This document shows, one piece after another, positions 59,689 to 64,000 of a stretch of 64,000 bases of DNA (position 1 is its first letter; each line of letters begins with the position of its first letter). Location of the stretch: assembly GCF_032191835.1 (NCBI RefSeq), contig NC_083233.1, positions 84,568,001 through 84,632,000 on the forward strand. Reading direction: 5' to 3'. Under the pieces are notes generated by a model. That model saw only the letters and a list, made by a program, of their open reading frames with translations, did not search any database and was not told the origin of the DNA. This stretch comes from Heteronotia binoei (taxonomy: Eukaryota). Position numbers and translations under genes: made by a program.

Positions 59689-60701
59689 TTTCGGACAGGG
59701 CGCAGTTTGTCATAATGAACGCGTGGAAGGCATCTACGAGGAAGTCATACGCAGCTAAGTGGGCGAAGTTTGCGGAGTTCGCGGCCAGTCGCTCCGTACC
59801 TCCCAGTGGAGCGGGACTGCCCGTGATTTTTGATTTCCTGATTGTGCTGCTGGACAAGGGCCTCGCCCAATCGTCCGTGCGGGTTTACCTGGCGGCCATT
59901 TCGGCACAACATCAGAATATAGAGGGCCGGTCGGTTTTCACGCATCCGGACACAAAGCGGTTCCTCAAGGGCATGACGAGACTGTACCCGGCAGTTCGGA
60001 GCCCTGCCCCAGCCTGGGACTTGCCCCTGGTCCTGAGGGCACTAACGGGAAGACCTTTTGAGCCTATGGCCTCCTGCTCTCCTCACCTATTGGCCTGGAA
60101 AACAGCCTTTTTGGTGGCCATCACCTCGGCGAGGAGGGTGGGGGAGCTGGCGGCGCTGCGCTGCGATGCCCCCTACCTTAATTTCTCAGCGGATGGGGTG
60201 ATGCTCCGCCCTGACGTTAAGTTCCTACCGAAGGTGGTATCCCCGTTTCACCTGAATTCGGAAATATTTCTGCCGGTTTATTTCCCGTTGCCGGCTAATG
60301 ACTCAGAACGGCGCCTTCACGCCCTGGATGTTAAACGGGCGCTATCTTTCTATCTTCACCGCACAAGTCAGTCGCGGAGAGACCCCAGACTGTTTGTATC
60401 GTACGCTGGACCCTCCACGGGCCTGCGGATCTCCTCGCAGCGCTTGTCCAAATGGATTACGGGGGCGATCCGCCTGTGCTACATGCTCCACAAGAGGCCG
60501 CTGCCCGGCCCTCTACGGGCTCATTCCACGCGAGCTATGGCAGCATCGGCTGCGTTCATGAAGGGAGTGGCCCTGCAGGACATCTGTAAAGCTGCCACAT
60601 GGGCATCAGCTCACACCTTCGTGACACACTACGCGCTGGACCTGGGGCAGAGACGAGCTTCCGCTGTGGGCCACGCTGTGTTGCAGTCCGTCTCCTCGTG
60701 A
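57999..60701 (+). CDS. DIRS tyrosine recombinase ORF (YR domain from about 59686; N-terminal part overlaps pol)
   Basis: Catalytic pattern SARRVGEL, AHSTRA, ATWAS and THYALD; 900 codons open from the ATG at 57999. Confidence 0.92.
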   Translation: MLPPRQGRDREGPYAPAPAWLLLPIFCSPETGRGPSANYGPTGLEPIRKMRQVQDDNPAVYPPAAGTRGLDGHARSKGRIFSYIDSSLPQTVPPLHNWRGALPIQGSSLWAMHGPSGVHQGDGGDCRSLETARGNTLPVHRRLAPGGGVQGVLAAAHRNHPCPGGRTGTPNKPEEVPSPARATRAIHRGDIGFKGVQGIPPSRPRECHRANSSGFPAESRGLSTEGPETVRTYGSHHGGAPLRKAENADSTALILEELQMQPGAVLQTPNGTAGGAGVPKLVGSETVPSGGSPLPQTSTSANDHNGRIPMGLGCPHGRNMCGGQVAESLQSTAHQPAGAPGHLPRHLLLPDSSEGKSSSGVDRQHHSGGVRQQARGDGVPQPLQIGHLAVGAVQIAGGLPTGSPPAGSEQCAGRFPQSRRSPVSRVGTELRVPGSGLPQLGDTGAGRVCYEAQCEVRPVLLQRGSGPLGPRGRSPNPLDPPYSVSVPAHPIANQGRAETSTGAPTGDLGDAMVAETTLVPLGPTTGQGEVLPIPTGPGPSPLLPGQDPPSRCAAPQADGMAPVISDRAQFVIMNAWKASTRKSYAAKWAKFAEFAASRSVPPSGAGLPVIFDFLIVLLDKGLAQSSVRVYLAAISAQHQNIEGRSVFTHPDTKRFLKGMTRLYPAVRSPAPAWDLPLVLRALTGRPFEPMASCSPHLLAWKTAFLVAITSARRVGELAALRCDAPYLNFSADGVMLRPDVKFLPKVVSPFHLNSEIFLPVYFPLPANDSERRLHALDVKRALSFYLHRTSQSRRDPRLFVSYAGPSTGLRISSQRLSKWITGAIRLCYMLHKRPLPGPLRAHSTRAMAASAAFMKGVALQDICKAATWASAHTFVTHYALDLGQRRASAVGHAVLQSVSS

Positions 60702-62204
60702 TGGACCGTCGCACCCGCCTCCAGGTAGGCTTGAGCTTGCTAGTCTCCCATCAGTGTGATGCACAGAGACCACGAAGAAGATAAACAGGTTTCCTACCTG
60801 TAACTGATGATCTTCGAGTGGTCATCTGTGCAGTCACACTACCCGCCCGACCTTCCCCGCTGCTGACGGTCCCTCCTGAGGGGCTAACGTGGCGGTCAGA
60901 AGGAACTGGCGGGATGTCCGCTCCTGTCCCAGTGAGCATGCGCGGGGGGGGGGGGCCCGGGCATGCGCACTGGGACGTCGGCGCGGAAATCCGCAGCTTT
61001 TGAAGTTTACCGATCGAGATCGGCGCTGGCGCCTACTCCCATCAGTGTGACTGCACAGATGACCACTCGAAGATCATCAGTTACAGGTAGGAAACCTGTT
61101 TTGCTTGCCCAGGGGACTACCTTTACCTTTTTAATCTACTGCTCACTGCACTCCCCTCTCCCCGCCAGAAGTGGTGATGGGTGTGTGTGTGTGAGAGAGA
61201 AAATACTTATTTGTGAGGTGCGCTGTGGCTGAGCAGACAGTTAAACACTCTTCTGCATGAGCAGCATGGTGGAACAGCCCCTCTCCACCCATTTGCAGCC
61301 TGTCTTTGTGGATGGGTGTAGAAATCTGGTTTTATCGATTTGGGAATGCTGCCTTGAAGTGGTGGGCTGGTCTGTGCTCCCCCCCACCCTCAGGGCAACT
61401 GTGTTGACTGTGTGAGTTGTCATGGAATTGCAGGGCATGCAGCAGCGGCATTCCTAGGATGACTGGCTTTCCTCCTCCTCCTCCTCCTCCTCTTGCAATT
61501 AGTCCCAGGTGTTGGTCATGCAGCCAGTTTGGGGGGCAGTTTGAGGCCAAGTGTCTCACCTCCTTTGCCTCAGGGCAGCGGTGCATGTTTCTGGAGGGGG
61601 CAGGGTTGAAATGATGCTCTTTGCAAATGGAGTGCTCCCCCCAATGCACATAAAAACCATGGAGTAAAACATGCAGCTCAGCCAGTGAAGTCCTTTCTAT
61701 GAATAGGGCTCTTGTTTTTAATTCGATGAGCAGGGAACTTTCCAGCTCTGTTCGCCTCTTTGCAATCTGTCTTTAATTTGCAGGGAGATGCATTCCAGTT
61801 TTTCAGACATGAAACTGTTTAATGGGGTTTTTTTGGCTTCGCTAGAGCTCCAGTTGTGTTAGTTTATCCTGAGACCGAGTATGTCTACTCCTTGCGAAGT
61901 GTAGCCAGGTATACTTTTTGGGCTACTCTTACAGGTTTTTCTTGGGCTCCTTTGGTAGCCCGTTCTTCGTTTCCTGTGGGAAGTAGCCAGCAGGTTCACA
62001 GGTGAGGTTTTTGCCATTGTTGAGTCCTGCTGAAAGTAGAGTGGAGGCACACTGGGCAGTGTGGACTGTTTTTGCCAGAGGACTTTGGGAATGTTGACTT
62101 GCTTGTCAGTGAGCTCAAGTGACCCCAAGAGCCTCCAGCCAGAGGCCGAACTTTCATTTTTGGCCCAGGCGCTGCAGCAGGCGCTGCAGCTCCCTGTTGG
62201 TGGA

Positions 62205-62587
62205 ACCAGCACCCAAAGGAGGTGAGGGCCCTGCGGAACCTTGAACAGTTCCGCAGGGCCTGCAAAACAGCCCTCTTCTGGTTGGCATATAATTAATTGT
62301 TATCGGAATGCCTGAACATTCAAATCTCGAACATCAGATTATTCAATACTGGAATATTGAAGAATTGATTTAAGGAAGGTAGCATAGTAGATACTGAAGT
62401 GAGTTTTACGTGTTTTTATGTATTTTATAAGTATTTTATGTATTTTATTGTATAATTATAATTATTAATGTATTATTAATGTATTTTAAATTGATTTTGT
62501 TAGCTTTTTGTGTTGTGAGCCGCCCTGAGCCCGCCTCGGTGGGGTAGGGCGGGATATAAATCGAATAAAATAAATAAATAAATAAAT
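62205..62587 (+). mobile_element. L2 3' fragment
   Basis: Matches 9135-9446 (EVRALRNL.QFRRACKT.LF, 3' UTR and tail) and ends in (AAAT)n. Confidence 0.85.
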
Positions 62588-62710
62588 GTGCCGCTGCTTC
62601 AGGTTGCCTCATCTAGCCCTGTTGCTTCCACCTGGATCCAGGCCCAGCCTTCGGAAGGGAATTGTCTTGGGGCGCCCTGACGGGTGACTTTTGCCAGGAA
62701 AGTGCCCCGG

Positions 62711-63025
62711 CTGGGGGTGGGGGCGGGTCCCTGTTGGTGGATGCTGAGACTGCTGAGCGGGGTTTGGGGAGGCTGACTGGGGGTGCAGTGCTTTGGTGGC
62801 TCCACTCATACTGGGGGTGGGGGCGGGTCCCTGTTGGTGGATGCTGAGACTGCTGAGCGGGGTTTGGGGAGGCTGACTGGGGGTGCAGTGCTTTGGTGGC
62901 TCCACTCATACTGGGGGGGGGGGGCGGGTCCCTGTTGGTGGATGCTGAGACTGCTGAGCGGGGTTTGGGGAGGCTGACTGGGGGTGCAGTGCTTTGGTGG
63001 CTCCACTCATACTGGGGGGGGGGGG
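62711..63025. repeat. 100-bp G-rich tandem repeat, 3 copies
   Basis: CTGGGGG...GCGGGTCCCTGTTGGTGGATGCTGAGACTGCTGAGCGG...CTCCACTCATA starts at about 62711, 62811 and 62911. Confidence 0.9.
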
Positions 63026-64000
63026 CTGCTGCTGGGGCTTGTGGCATTGGTGCTGCTCTGGGTCCCCCTGCTGTTCACTGTCTGCTGAAACTGTTGGGGG
63101 GGGGGGGGCGTGAGGGATTTGGAGTGAGGGGCCACCAGGTGTCAGTCAGTAACTTAAAGAAAATGAGCTGGGATTGCTGACAGGCTGCAGGCAAGCAGGA
63201 GGGCACCAGGAAAGCAGCAGCTGTCCATGCACTCCAGATGTCCTTTGGCCAGGCTGGTTTTGCCAGCTCCCTTTGCCAGGCTTCTTCCAGCTGACAGTGC
63301 CTAGGCAAAATGGCAGAGCCCTCTAGGCTGCCATCCCGAACTCCTTTGAGGGCAAGAGTGCTGTGGGTGGGAGGGGAGCCCTGAATCCAAAGGGATGGAT
63401 CAGTGCCGTTAAGAGGCATCGGGTGTTTCTCTCCAGCGCCGTCGGCCTCCAAAGTAGCCAAGGCTTAGGGCAGGACTGGGTGTGGCGTTTGCGTGAGATC
63501 TTGCAGGGGTGTTGGATGAGGCTGCTCATGAAGGGGCGGGTGAGGAGCTGGGAGTTGGAGCCCCTGCTTGTTTGTCCTGATCCCTGCTTGCAGGGCTTGT
63601 TGGGCCTCCTGCCTCGCTTTTCCATCAACGCGGGGGGAGGGGAGGGGGGCTTCATGAAAAGACCAGCACACCAAGAGAAGGCGGCAGAGTCCTGTTCAGG
63701 CCTGGTGGGGCAACCTGGGCCGTTCTTTCTTCTGGCCTGATACCTCTTCTGCATAAAGCTGGTTGAGCTCCAAAGCTTTTGCTGCACGGTTAGACCATCA
63801 CTGGTTGGGAATAATGATGGGTTGGATCCTGTGACCCCCATGTACAAGAACTGTGGCTCTCCCCACATTCCCTTCCCCTCAGCAGCCCTCTCTCTCTGAC
63901 ACTGGCCCAGTCCCAGGACTGGGAGACTCCTGTGGGCAAAGAGCTGCATGGCTTGGCTGGTGGGGGCAACTACAGAGGGGCTCCTGCAGGAGGCGGGGCC

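Larger units (their letters stand above)
55273..61101 (+). mobile_element. Full-length DIRS1-type tyrosine-recombinase retrotransposon (5829 bp)
   Basis: Inverted terminal repeats 55296-55455 and 60890-61050. The internal complementary region 60745-60840 is complementary to both termini (55273-55310 and 61044-61101). Contains gag, RT/RNase H/MT and YR ORFs; no target-site duplication. Confidence 0.97.

Noticed and set aside
55919-59945. Antisense ORFs within the DIRS element
   Set aside because: Short shadows of GC-rich sense ORFs, with no motifs.
42888-64000. TTC28 exon 3 (expected AYFRQGVALQYLG...)
   Set aside because: Not found in the window; intron 2 is very long in other vertebrates.

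Overview
This is vertebrate genomic DNA from a squamate, most likely a gecko, judging by the Squam3-like and Sauria-like SINEs plus CR1, L2, BovB and DIRS content. All annotation is by eye and from recalled protein families; no searches were run. Four host genes were reconstructed from splice sites and reading phase. (1) CHEK2: first coding exon on the minus strand, head-to-head with HSCB. (2) HSCB: complete 6-exon gene on the plus strand. (3) A complete 12-exon class II GLUT (SLC2A11-like, probably SLC2A11B) on the minus strand, with two candidate first exons. (4) TTC28: exons 1-2 on the plus strand, after which the rest of the window is TTC28 intron 2. The remainder is dense with mobile elements: several CR1 LINEs, an L2, BovB and Penelope-like fragments, SINEs, hAT-type MITEs, and a full-length, nearly intact 5.8-kb DIRS1-type tyrosine-recombinase retrotransposon inserted into a SINE. 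The most striking signals are these. (a) The single DIRS gag stop codon (CTT-TGA-CTG) is both in frame with a 967-codon recombinase ORF and a textbook +1 'shifty stop' leading into an ATG-less RT ORF, so it may act as a three-way recoding switch. (b) The CR1 3'-terminal 67 bp is reiterated in tandem at five loci (up to about 31 copies) with an identical junction, resembling telomerase-like re-priming. (c) A SINE B-box segment forms 79-bp tandem arrays. (d) The GLUT has alternative N-termini with and without a dileucine sorting motif. (e) The CHK2 Thr68-Gln site appears to be lost.
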